A stretch of 64,000 bases of DNA from Deltaproteobacteria bacterium (GTDB taxonomy: Bacteria; Myxococcota_A; Polyangia; Polyangiales; Houyiibacteriaceae), in assembly GCA_034670305.1 (NCBI GenBank), contig JAXMNT010000006.1, forward strand, positions 64,001 through 128,000. The letters run 5' to 3'. This document shows, one piece after another, positions 18,423 through 27,273 of the stretch (positions are counted from its first letter, which is position 1; each line of letters starts with the position of its first letter). The notes under the pieces are model-generated. The model saw only the letters and a program-made list of their open reading frames with translations, was not told where the DNA came from and did not search any database. Position numbers and translations under genes: made by a program.

Positions 18423-19379
18423 CTAGCGGGTGTGGCCGCTCGCCATCGCGGCGGGCGGGAAGGGCGCGCGTTCGACCGCGCGTTCACCAAGCGTGTCCGC
18501 GAACGGACCGATGGCGGTGACGATCGCGCCGACCCGTTCGCGTTTCATGCCGGTCGCAGTGAGCCGTTCGGCCACCTCGTCCACATTCGCGAGCGCGCCT
18601 TCGCACAGACCCACGAGCGCGGCGGAGGCGGCGCAGGTGTCGGCGGCGCTCCCGAGCACAATCGCGTGTTCACCGAGCAGCTCGCGCCACTGGGCACCAC
18701 ACCGTCCCGCGCGGCGTTCGTCCGGAATGAGGAAGAACGGTTCGAAGCTGACCTGCAGCTCCGCGATGACGTCTTCGATCGGCATGTCGTCGCCCAGCGC
18801 GTCGCCGATGAGGCCGTCCACTTGAGACCGGGCGATGCGCGGGTAGGGGTGCTCGTCGCCGGTCATGAAGAAGTAGCCACGCTTCTTGCGCTTCTCCCAA
18901 CAGTCCATCGCCGTGTGCCGCGCCGCGAAGTACATGCCGAGCTCGTACGACTCCTGGAAGGTGCCGCCCCCGCCGCCCTCGAGAAAACTCCAGGTCAGCC
19001 ACTGGTCCATCAGCTCCGCTTCGGACTCGAACTGACCGACCTGCAGCGGCGCCCGATCGCTGTTCGCATCGCCGACGGCCATGAAGAGCACCTGCGGGCT
19101 CGCGATGCCGCAATCGAGCAGGAGCTTCATGAAGGTCGGAAGCTCCTTGCGCGCCAACAGATCCGGGATGTTGCCCATGGAGCCGGTGACATCGAGCGCG
19201 AACACGAGCCCGAGGCTGTTCGGATGTTCGTCGCTGTCGCGGCACTCCCGCACCCGCACCCCTTTGGGGTTCATCAGCGGATGGCAGGAGCGCTGCTTGA
19301 AGACCTCTTCGCGCGCGGTGTGCGCCCGGCCCGTCGTGAGCTTGTGGTGCGCATCAAAACTGTAACTTCCATATCCCAT
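18423..19379 (-). CDS. vWA-like (MIDAS) domain protein
   Basis: LVFALDVTGSMG (DxTxS), AVGDA, GQFES, GGGG..ESYEL and FMTGDE motifs. GAGG SD before MGYGSYS. Confidence 0.8.
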   Translation of the reverse strand: MGYGSYSFDAHHKLTTGRAHTAREEVFKQRSCHPLMNPKGVRVRECRDSDEHPNSLGLVFALDVTGSMGNIPDLLARKELPTFMKLLLDCGIASPQVLFMAVGDANSDRAPLQVGQFESEAELMDQWLTWSFLEGGGGGTFQESYELGMYFAARHTAMDCWEKRKKRGYFFMTGDEHPYPRIARSQVDGLIGDALGDDMPIEDVIAELQVSFEPFFLIPDERRAGRCGAQWRELLGEHAIVLGSAADTCAASAALVGLCEGALANVDEVAERLTATGMKRERVGAIVTAIGPFADTLGERAVERAPFPPAAMASGHTR

Positions 19380-19416
19380 GGCAACCTCGCTTTCGTTCTC
19401 TCGGTGGTGGGGTTCC

Positions 19417-20448
19417 CTACGCGTGCTTGCGTGATGCAGGCAGAACGAAAGGAACGAACTTGGGTGGTCCCCAGACCGCCTCGGCGGCCTTCGAGACTTG
19501 GTCTTTGAGGGCCCATGCGTCGTCGGTCGGCGGGCGGTCTGCGCAGGTCTCGAGCAGCTTCCGGACCGGCGCCGGAGCGCGCGCGCCATGGGTGAGCCAG
19601 AGGAGGGTGCGAGCCAGCATCGCCAGATCGAGCGCGGGCTCGGGCGGCTTGGTCGCGGCGGTGGGGTAGAGCGCGGCGAAGCGCGTGCTCCGGGCCGGCA
19701 AGAGGGAGCGGGTGCGACCAAGCCGCCAGGTCGTCGCGCCCCATCCGAGCAGCACCACCGCGTGCGCGTCGGGGCGCACGAGCAGATGCGGTGGCAGCAC
19801 CGTGCCGTGCACGACGCCCGCACGGTGCAGCCAGCCCAGCATGTCGAGCACCCGCTTCCACATCCAGACCGCGTGGCGGGGATCCACCCCGCGCGGGAAC
19901 GCATTTCGGATGTCACAGGCCGTGGCTTCGAACCCAGCGCGGAATCGAAACGCCGTCGCCAGCGGACCGCCCGACCGGACCTTGCCGGGCGTGCGCGATC
20001 CCGCCGCGTCGTGCAGCCGGAGCGCCCCGTGGGCGATGGGTTCTGGGAGCAGTCGTCGGAAGAACTCGGCGCCTTCGGTCTCGGATGCGCGGAGCTCGCG
20101 GACCACCCGGACTTCCCGCGCGAGCAGGTCGGCGTCCGCTTCCGCGCGCAACACCTTCAAAGCCACCCGCTGGGTCAGCCGCGTGTCTCGGTGGGCGAGA
20201 AACACATCGCTCGAGTCGCCGCGGCCGAGCCGACCGTCGATCACGTAGACGTGTTTGCCGAGACCGCAGCGCGGTTTGCCGGCGTCTTCTTTGCGGCCCG
20301 CCCAGGGCGGCACGACCACAGGGCGCAGCCGCCAGGCGTCCGGGACGTCCACGACCACGTGGTCACAGAAGGCGCAGACGAGCGCCGTGGCGCGGGTCGG
20401 AGGGAGGGGCGCGGTGCACTTGGGACAGGTGAGGGCGGTGAGGGCCAT
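19417..20448 (-). CDS. Protein-kinase-fold protein (pseudokinase) with an N-terminal Zn ribbon
   Basis: CPKC...CAFC, then LGRGDSSDVF, VALKV and LLAREV. HRD is replaced by HGT and DFG by LGW. Confidence 0.75.
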   Translation of the reverse strand: MALTALTCPKCTAPLPPTRATALVCAFCDHVVVDVPDAWRLRPVVVPPWAGRKEDAGKPRCGLGKHVYVIDGRLGRGDSSDVFLAHRDTRLTQRVALKVLRAEADADLLAREVRVVRELRASETEGAEFFRRLLPEPIAHGALRLHDAAGSRTPGKVRSGGPLATAFRFRAGFEATACDIRNAFPRGVDPRHAVWMWKRVLDMLGWLHRAGVVHGTVLPPHLLVRPDAHAVVLLGWGATTWRLGRTRSLLPARSTRFAALYPTAATKPPEPALDLAMLARTLLWLTHGARAPAPVRKLLETCADRPPTDDAWALKDQVSKAAEAVWGPPKFVPFVLPASRKHA

Positions 20449-20451
20449 GGC

Positions 20452-20472
20452 TTCGTGTGACAACTACACTAA
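20452..20472. promoter_or_regulatory. 21-bp operator-like box 1 (GT-N7-AC) overlapping the -10 element
   Basis: Minus strand reads TTAGTGT-AGTTGTC-ACACGAA. Confidence 0.6.
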
Positions 20473-20493
20473 GCAGCGGCGCGGGGCCGTCAA
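20466..20493 (-). promoter_or_regulatory. Sigma70-type promoter of the pseudokinase-vWA-PurA-like operon
   Basis: TTGACG-16 nt-TAGTGT on the minus strand. Confidence 0.55.
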
Positions 20494-20509
20494 GACGGCT
20501 GGGGCGAAT

Positions 20510-20530
20510 TAAGTGTCTTTTGGACACGAA
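20510..20530. promoter_or_regulatory. 21-bp operator-like box 2 (GT-N7-AC palindrome)
   Basis: Plus strand reads TAAGTGT-CTTTTGG-ACACGAA, with core palindrome GTGTC-N5-GACAC. Shares AGTGT and ACACGAA with box 1. Confidence 0.6.
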
Positions 20531-20573
20531 GTCGGAGGGCCCTGCAATACAGGGTGGAAACTGCGGATCTCAG

Positions 20574-20882
20574 GCCGAAGCCGAAGCCGATGCCGACGCC
20601 GACGCCGACGCCGATGCCGATGCCGAAGCCGATGCCGACGCCGATGCCGAAGCCGACGCCGACGCCGAAGCCGAAGCCGAAGCCGAAGCCGAAGCCGACG
20701 CCGAATCCGAATCCGAAGCCGACGCCGAATCCGAAGCCGAAGCCGACGCCGAAGCCGAAGCCGAAGCCGACGCCGAAGCCGATGCCGATGCCGGCTGTGT
20801 CCGACTCCGACTCCGAAGGAGAGGATGTGCGGTTCCCGTGCCCGTGCCCGTGCCCGTGCCCGTGCCCGTGCCCGTGGCCGTG
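20574..20882. repeat. Compound hexamer tract: (GCCGAH)n, then (TCCGAC)n, then (CCCGTG)7
   Basis: Main tract 20574-20793, second tract 20835-20876, directly 3' of the protease gene. Confidence 0.95.
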
Positions 20883-20895
20883 GTTCGAACGATCG

Positions 20896-22431
20896 TCAGG
20901 TTCGGCGGCGGAGCCAGAGCAGGGCGGCGAAGCCGAGTACGGGAAGCGGGCTGCCGGAGGACGACTGGGTTCGGCAGCTGCAGCCGCCGTCGGCGAGCCC
21001 GGTTCCCGCGTCCACCACACCGGCGTCCAAGGTGCCGCCGTCAGCGCTGCGACCCGCATCCGGATCGGTGCCAGCGTCCGTGCCCGGTCCCGCGTCTGCG
21101 TCTCCCACCGCGTCGAAGGTCAGCTCGAGTTCGAACGGGTCGATGTCCGAGTCGTAGGCGTCGAGGAAGAGGTGGTAGGTGCCGGTGGGCAAGGTCGCGG
21201 TGATGCGGGAGCCGCGATCAGTGTCGACGTCGATGTCGTCGTGGCAGTCGACTTCGCGCCCGTCGCAGCCTTCCCGCAGGTACAAGAGCGAGTCGAAGCC
21301 GCGGCTGCGCGCGACGAACCGGGTCGTGGACGAGAGCGTGAACTGGAACACGCGGTCGGGTCCGAGCCCACCACAGCTGCCCATCGCATCGGGGCCGTAC
21401 CCAACCAAGGTGCCGCTCACCGTTTGGTCGACCGCGTCGAGCGTCTCGGCCGCCTCGCAGCGATCGCCGAGGAGCGGTTCGACGCATGGCCCGTCGCATC
21501 CACACAGCTCGGAGTCCACGCCGGGCGTCGCGCACAACGCCTCGAGCGCAGGCCGCACGTAGGTGAGTCCTTCGCCGTCGTCTTCCGGCGGCGGATCGAT
21601 GACGTTGATCACGTTGCAGCCGCCCGCGTCGACGTAGTCGGTCTCGCCTCCGCGCAAGAGCGCGACGAGGTTGCCTTCGAGGTCGAACACCCCGGAGCCG
21701 GAGTTGCCATTGAACGCGTCGACCGACGCCGTCAGCCACGACGCGTCGCCGCTCGTCCACGTGACCTCGCCGGTCGTGTCGATCTTCATCGGGATGCCGT
21801 TGGGATGTCCGATGAGCGCGAGCGCTGTTCCGTCCGCCAGTCCGCTCGGCAAGAGCCGCACCGTCGCCGGCGTGTGGCCGACCACGGGCCGGTCGAGCTC
21901 CACGATCGCGTGGTCGACCCGGTCGTCGTCGAAGTACGCGAGCACCCGCGCGCAGCGGTAGACGTCGTCGGCGCCGAGGTCGACGAGTGCGCCATCCGCC
22001 ACGTAGCGCCAGCCGAAGATCCACACGCTCTCGCTGCAGTCGCTCGGCGTGTCCATGCAGTGTCCGGCGGTCAGCAGGTAGCGGTCGTCGATCAACGTGC
22101 CCGAACAGGTGCCGGGTTCGAGCTGCTCCCGAAACGCCACGCCCTCACACAGCGACTGCGCTTCGGCTAACGTGCGCGTGTAGTCGATGCCCACGACCGC
22201 GCCGGACTCGTCGAGGTTGTCCGGATCGATCTTCATCGCCACCGACTCGGCCGCCACCGACCTCAGTACTGCGCTCGGATGCGCGAACACTTCCGTGCGC
22301 CCATCGGTCTCGTACACCACCGGCTGTGCGATCGCCCCCGTGGGCTCGGGACCGCAGCCCATCCAGAGAAGGGCGGCGCACACCAAGCCGGCTCCGGCGC
22401 TTGCAGACATCCGACCGCGAGATGCGTCCAT
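20896..22431 (-). CDS. Trypsin-like (S1) serine protease, lipoprotein-type signal, MYXO-CTERM tail
   Basis: CSGTLI..LLTAGHC, DHAIVEL and GNSGSG catalytic triad motifs. C-terminus GGCSCR...[13 protein letters not shown]. Confidence 0.88.
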   Translation of the reverse strand: MDASRGRMSASAGAGLVCAALLWMGCGPEPTGAIAQPVVYETDGRTEVFAHPSAVLRSVAAESVAMKIDPDNLDESGAVVGIDYTRTLAEAQSLCEGVAFREQLEPGTCSGTLIDDRYLLTAGHCMDTPSDCSESVWIFGWRYVADGALVDLGADDVYRCARVLAYFDDDRVDHAIVELDRPVVGHTPATVRLLPSGLADGTALALIGHPNGIPMKIDTTGEVTWTSGDASWLTASVDAFNGNSGSGVFDLEGNLVALLRGGETDYVDAGGCNVINVIDPPPEDDGEGLTYVRPALEALCATPGVDSELCGCDGPCVEPLLGDRCEAAETLDAVDQTVSGTLVGYGPDAMGSCGGLGPDRVFQFTLSSTTRFVARSRGFDSLLYLREGCDGREVDCHDDIDVDTDRGSRITATLPTGTYHLFLDAYDSDIDPFELELTFDAVGDADAGPGTDAGTDPDAGRSADGGTLDAGVVDAGTGLADGGCSCRTQSSSGSPLPVLGFAALLWLRRRT

Positions 22432-22535
22432 GGGCCCACGCTACCGCGACCTCCGGGTCTTGCCTACGCGTCTCGCGCCGCCGCTGTCGCGGCTTCGACC
22501 GTCGCGCTTTGCGCGCAGCCTGCTACACGCTGCCG

Positions 22536-23402
22536 ATGATCCGACTGATTCTCACGCACCCGGGCGGCGCCCACAAAGACGACCTACTCGCGGTGTGCGT
22601 CTTGATCGCCGAACACAACGCGCCCGTCGTCCGACGCGACCCGACCGAAGCCGAACTCGCGGACGCAAGCGTCGCCATTGTCGACGTCGGCGGCAGCCAC
22701 GACCCCGCGCTGAACAACTTCGACCACCACCACTTCCCGCGCGAACACGCGCCGACCTGCGCGCTGAGCTTGGTGCTCGACGGCATGGGCCTGTACCAAG
22801 ACGCGCTTCATTTCTGCGACTGGCTCGAACCCGCAGAGTGGTTCGACTCGCGCGGACCGAAGAAGACCGCCGAATGGCTGGGCGTGCCCCGCCGCGCGAT
22901 CTCCCAGCTGAACTCACCGATCGACATCACGCTCTTGCGCCGGTTCGCGCAAAAGTCGGAACTCGGCACGGACGATCCGCTCTACGCGTTCATGCGCTTC
23001 GTCGGCGAAGACTTGCTCGGCTACCTGAAGGTGGCGCGCACCCGCATCGACTTCGTCACCGAGCACAGCGCCCGCTGGTCGATCGCACACGGCGACGAGA
23101 CGATCGAAGCGGTGTACCTGCCCCGCACCGATCCGCCGGCCGACGAGCCGAGCACCGCCGTCGGCAACTTCATTCGCGCCGAGGGACTGGCCGACACCGT
23201 CGCCGCCATCGTGTATCCAGATCGCCGGGGTGACGGCTTCGGCATCGGCCGCTACGAAGACCACAAGCAGCTCGATTTCTCCCGGTGCGAGGGCGAACCC
23301 GACGTGCATTTCGCCCACAAGAGCGGCTTCATGCTCAAGACGAGCGCGACCGCCCCCGAACGATTGCAGGCGTTGATCCGCATGGCGTGGATCCCCGCGT
23401 GA
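22536..23402 (+). CDS. MYG1-family (DHH-like) hydrolase/exonuclease
   Basis: THPGGAHKDD, IVDVGG..DP..NNFDHH and HFAHKSGF motifs. Confidence 0.8.
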   Translation: MIRLILTHPGGAHKDDLLAVCVLIAEHNAPVVRRDPTEAELADASVAIVDVGGSHDPALNNFDHHHFPREHAPTCALSLVLDGMGLYQDALHFCDWLEPAEWFDSRGPKKTAEWLGVPRRAISQLNSPIDITLLRRFAQKSELGTDDPLYAFMRFVGEDLLGYLKVARTRIDFVTEHSARWSIAHGDETIEAVYLPRTDPPADEPSTAVGNFIRAEGLADTVAAIVYPDRRGDGFGIGRYEDHKQLDFSRCEGEPDVHFAHKSGFMLKTSATAPERLQALIRMAWIPA

Positions 23403-23468
23403 CTTCCGTCGCGGCCGCGCGTCGAGCCCGCCTCGTGACTTCGTCGCGCGCCGCGTGACTTCGTCGCG
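23398..23468 (+). repeat. Three direct repeats CGTGACTTC(C)GTCGCG upstream of the DUF2071 gene
   Basis: Exact 15-mers at 23434 and 23454, plus a copy with one inserted base at 23398. Confidence 0.8.
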
Positions 23469-23480
23469 GTAGGCTAGGGC

Positions 23481-24197
23481 GTGGACCGGATCGCACCGAC
23501 AAAGCGCCCGGAGGGAAAGAACGCCGGCACTCAGAACTGGCGCGAGCTCTTGTTCCTCCATTGGCGTGTGCCCACCGAGGCGATGCGCGCGGTCGTGCCG
23601 GCGCCGCTCTCCCTCGACCTCTGGGACGGCGCCGCGTGGATCGGCCTCGTCCCGTTCCTCATGCGCGACGTGCGTCCCTCGTGGTGGCCATCGGCGTTCG
23701 CGTTCAACTTCCTCGAGTGCAACCTGCGCACCTACGTGCACGTCGACGGAGTGCCGGGCGTCTACTTCTTCTCGCTCGAGGCGAGTTCGTTCCTCGCGGT
23801 GAAGGCCGCGCGCATCGGGTGGGGGTTGCCCTACCACCACGCCGAGATGGCCCATCGCCGCGATGGACAGAGCGCCCACTTCGAGACCACCCGCCGCGCG
23901 GACGGCACCCGCTTCGCGGTCGACTACGACGTCGGCGAACCGCTCGGTCCCTCGGCGCCGGGCACACTCGAACACTTCTTCTTGGAGCGGTACCTCCTGT
24001 ACTCGGAGAAGGGCGGCCGCCTCGTGCGCGGGCAAGTGCACCACCCGCCGTACCCCGCGCACGCCGCCACCGTGCGATCCTGGGAGGACGGTCTGGTGCC
24101 CGCGATCGGCTTGCCAGCGCTCGAAGGCGAACCCGAGCTCGTGCATTTCGCGCCCGGGGTCGACGTCGAGGTGTTCGACCCCAGGCCTCTCGAATAG
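23481..24197 (+). CDS. YqjF/DUF2071 family protein
   Basis: QNWRELLFLHW, LDLWDGAAWIGLVPF, ECNLRTYV, GVYFFSLEA and FLERY motifs. Confidence 0.88.
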   Translation: MDRIAPTKRPEGKNAGTQNWRELLFLHWRVPTEAMRAVVPAPLSLDLWDGAAWIGLVPFLMRDVRPSWWPSAFAFNFLECNLRTYVHVDGVPGVYFFSLEASSFLAVKAARIGWGLPYHHAEMAHRRDGQSAHFETTRRADGTRFAVDYDVGEPLGPSAPGTLEHFFLERYLLYSEKGGRLVRGQVHHPPYPAHAATVRSWEDGLVPAIGLPALEGEPELVHFAPGVDVEVFDPRPLE

Positions 24198-24323
24198 CGG
24201 CTGCGAACATCACGGCACAGGCGTGAACCGGAGGTCACGTGCGGGGTCGCGTACTCCGCAAAAACACTGCTCGAACACCACGAAATGCACTGCGTTTCGA
24301 CCGGACGACACCGCAGCGCGGCG

Positions 24324-24340
24324 CGGCACGGTTGGTGCTT
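24324..24340 (+). promoter_or_regulatory. Putative sigma54 (-24/-12) promoter
   Basis: CGGCACG-GTTG-GTGCT has exact GG-N10-GC spacing, upstream of an AGGAGG SD and ATG 24367. Confidence 0.5.
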
Positions 24341-24366
24341 TGGCGGGCTGCCAGGAGGTACATGCG

Positions 24367-24891
24367 ATGGGTTCGAAATGGATGGTGGGCAATGCGCTCT
24401 TGGGTGCGCTGGCACTCTTGGGCTGCGGAAGCGATGGGTTGTCGGAGACGGAGGTGACCAACATTCCACCCGGCGACGCCGTCGGCATGGAGCACTCGGG
24501 CATGTACGAACTCGAGGCGGTCACGGTGGCCTGCGCAGGCTCCTGTGCGCCGGTGAACGCGTTCGGGCTCATCATCTCGCCCTGCGACGTCGGTGACCGG
24601 AACACCGAGTTCGCGGAGATCGTCCAGGTCGACGGTTCGCTTCAGGTCGACCTCGAAGACGTGCTCTGGGCGAGCCGGCTCGAGGGCGGCGTCTGGAACG
24701 ATGGCTCGTTCGAAGTGGGCGGCGTCAAGACCGAACTCGGCGGGCAGATCCGGTTCATCGCGCACTCCACCGGCGTGCTCTCCGGCGGGACCTGGACAAG
24801 CGATCTCGAGCTGCGCAGCGTCGGCACGATCGACGACCAGAGCCGCGACTGCACCGCGACGGTGGAAGTGACCGGCACCCGGCTCGAGTAG
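24367..24891 (+). CDS. Hypothetical lipoprotein
   Basis: Lipobox LALLGC, SD AGGAGG, beta-rich mature part. Confidence 0.75.
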   Translation: MGSKWMVGNALLGALALLGCGSDGLSETEVTNIPPGDAVGMEHSGMYELEAVTVACAGSCAPVNAFGLIISPCDVGDRNTEFAEIVQVDGSLQVDLEDVLWASRLEGGVWNDGSFEVGGVKTELGGQIRFIAHSTGVLSGGTWTSDLELRSVGTIDDQSRDCTATVEVTGTRLE

Positions 24892-24945
24892 CGCTGGCGC
24901 GAAACGCGAGCGGACGCGGCGCGCGGGTGTGGTTAGGGTCCCCGG

Positions 24946-25701
24946 ATGGCAAAGCTCAACACTTTGGTCGCAGCGCTTCCCGACGACGACGCGCCTGCGC
25001 TCTACGCCCTGATGGCGGAACAGACGATCGACGCGATCGGAACCTTCCACAACTTCGCGATCTCCCTGATGCAGGACCGCCCACTGGTCGCGATGCGGCT
25101 GATGGCGTGGGTCATCGACGCGGGTCCGGAGCCTTCTGGATTCGTGGCAAACGAGCCGTACGAGCAGGAGGAACTCCGCCGGCTTCACAACAACGCGACG
25201 TACCTTGCGGTGTTCCACGGCACCCCCGAAGAGCGTCGCGCAATCGTGGAGCGGGCGTTGCTGGTCGCGGCGGAGAACCCGGCCATCTACCACAACGCGG
25301 CGTGCGTCCTCTGCAAGCTCGGCGACGCCCGCGCGGCGATCGAGACCATCCGGGCAGGCGTGGCGAGCGGCTACGACGATGCAACGATCGCTTCCATTCG
25401 CGAGGACGAAGACCTGGCCCTCATCTCAGGCACCGAGGCATTCATGGAGATCCTGGAAGGACGCGGCGAGGTGGTGCTGCCGCCTTGGGCGGAGGGGCTA
25501 TCCACGTACCAGTACACCCAGTTCCGCGAGGCGGTTCGGACGACGCTTGCGGATCCCGACATGTCGGAGTTCGAGGCTGGACGGGTCACCTCGTTCGGCC
25601 AGACCTTCGAGCTGGCCGGGCTCGCCGGCACTTGTCGCGGAATGACCGCGCTCGAGATCACCGTGCAGGTGCACCGCCACCTCCACGGCCAGATGCGCTG
25701 A
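24946..25701 (+). CDS. Hypothetical protein with a TPR-like motif
   Basis: IYHNAACVLCKLG..RAAIETIR..V..GY....IREDEDL resembles a terminal TPR module. Confidence 0.7.
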   Translation: MAKLNTLVAALPDDDAPALYALMAEQTIDAIGTFHNFAISLMQDRPLVAMRLMAWVIDAGPEPSGFVANEPYEQEELRRLHNNATYLAVFHGTPEERRAIVERALLVAAENPAIYHNAACVLCKLGDARAAIETIRAGVASGYDDATIASIREDEDLALISGTEAFMEILEGRGEVVLPPWAEGLSTYQYTQFREAVRTTLADPDMSEFEAGRVTSFGQTFELAGLAGTCRGMTALEITVQVHRHLHGQMR

Positions 25702-25814
25702 TTGCCCCGCAGTCGCGAGCCGTCGGCCGTCGGCGGCGGTCGGGTTTCGAAAGCACGCGTCCCATCGGCAGCCCGAGACGTTGACCGAGGGCGGCGTCGA
25801 GCCATGAAGACGTC

Positions 25815-26237
25815 ATGCACAAGCTGAAATCCGCGGCGCTCGGGCTGCTCTCGGCGGCGATGATCGCCGTGGGTGTTCTGCACTTCGTCGACCCCCAGCC
25901 GTTCGTTCGCATCGTGCCGTCCTGGTTCGTCGGCACGGGCCCGAACGCGGAGACCTACGCGCTCTGGCTCGTCTGGATCAGCGGCGTCGCTGAGGTCGCC
26001 GGCGGCGTCGGCGTGCTCGTCCCCCGCACCCGGCGCGCGGCCGCGTGGGGTCTCATCGCGCTCTACCTCGCGGTGTTCCCCGCGAACATCTACATGGCGG
26101 TCGAGCAGATCCAGCTCGACCCCGAACACCCGATGCCGAGCTGGCTCTTCTGGGTGCGCCTCCCCTTCCAGGCCCTCTTCATCGCGTGGGCCTACTGGTT
26201 CACCCGCCCCGAACCGAACCCGCCGCCAGCTCGGTAG
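25815..26237 (+). CDS. DoxX-like membrane protein
   Basis: GVLHF..P..F..IVP, SGVAEVAGG, AVFPANIYMA and RLPFQ motifs; 4 TM segments. Confidence 0.85.
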   Translation: MHKLKSAALGLLSAAMIAVGVLHFVDPQPFVRIVPSWFVGTGPNAETYALWLVWISGVAEVAGGVGVLVPRTRRAAAWGLIALYLAVFPANIYMAVEQIQLDPEHPMPSWLFWVRLPFQALFIAWAYWFTRPEPNPPPAR

Positions 26238-26270
26238 CGGTGGAGCTGTCTTCGATCGTAGCGTGTGCCG

Positions 26271-27215
26271 ATGTACGTCTGTCTCATCGAGGGCGGTGCG
26301 CGCTTGGCAACGAGCGACGCGAAACGAATCGTGTTGTGGGATCTGAGCGCAGCCGCGCCGGTCCAGATCGCGGAGGTCGCACAGGAGGGACAGATCCCCT
26401 TCTTCACGCGGTCACCAGCGGGCGAACGATTGACGGTGGCCGCGGGTCTCATCGCCCGCAGCTACACTCCGCTCGGATCCAAGCACTGGACGAGCGTGCC
26501 GTCGCACGTGGGCATCTACCGCGACACGGACCTCACCGAGGTCGTCCAACTCGAACTCGGGGTGCGCCTCGATCATGAGACGCTGGCGCTCTCGCCCGAC
26601 GGGTCGGCCCTGGTGTCGACACTCCGCGGAGCCGGGCCCATCGCATTCGACGCGAAGACGGGGGCCGAGTTGTGGCGCGTCGAAGGCAGCATCGGCTCCG
26701 GCGCGAGTTGGTCCTCGAATGGCCTGGTCGCCGCGGGCTCGACCGACCAAGGACCCGGCGAACTGTTCCTGGTGGACGTCGAAGATCGAACGAAGCGGTC
26801 GCTCCCCAAGCCCTCCTCGAAAGCACCACTCTACGACGCGCCCTTTCGTTCGGTGTTCAGCAAGGACGGGTCGGTGGTCGCGTTCTCGTGCCAAGCGTGG
26901 GGAAGCGCCGGGGTCACGTTGTACGACACCGAGACCCTCGCCGAACGATGGGCCCACACGCCCCAGGTGGTCGGGGACGAGGAAGCCGAGTTCTGGGACG
27001 CGCCCGAACTCGACTTCGCGTTCGACGACGCGTTGGTCCTGGCCGGACAGCATGGCCGCGTGGACGCCTACCGGACCGCCGACGGATCGGAGCGGACCCA
27101 GCTCGAGTTCGATCCGCCGGACGCGTCCTACTTCGCGGCCGACTCGGACAGGCGCTGCGTTTGGGTGACGCGCAAGGGTCAACCAACCCCCATCCCGATG
27201 CCGAAGGACTGGTAA
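26271..27215 (+). CDS. Beta-propeller (WD40/PQQ-like) protein
   Basis: LALSPDGS, FDAKTGAELW and VFSKDGS repeats. Start may be GTG 26265. Confidence 0.65.
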   Translation: MYVCLIEGGARLATSDAKRIVLWDLSAAAPVQIAEVAQEGQIPFFTRSPAGERLTVAAGLIARSYTPLGSKHWTSVPSHVGIYRDTDLTEVVQLELGVRLDHETLALSPDGSALVSTLRGAGPIAFDAKTGAELWRVEGSIGSGASWSSNGLVAAGSTDQGPGELFLVDVEDRTKRSLPKPSSKAPLYDAPFRSVFSKDGSVVAFSCQAWGSAGVTLYDTETLAERWAHTPQVVGDEEAEFWDAPELDFAFDDALVLAGQHGRVDAYRTADGSERTQLEFDPPDASYFAADSDRRCVWVTRKGQPTPIPMPKDW

Positions 27216-27273
27216 CGACCCCGAGGTGCCGTACATGCCGGGACCGTGGGATTGAGTTCGGAGCGCGGAGACC

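Noticed and set aside
20457-21203. ORFs across the hexamer tracts (poly-AD/AE, PK/PT, GF/GI, SA, RC) as real proteins, also at 16.8, 49.1, 56.9 and 58.5 kb
   Set aside because: The tracts are stop-free in essentially all frames, which creates spurious ORFs. No consistent frame, start or SD is shared between tracts. Translation is not formally excluded.
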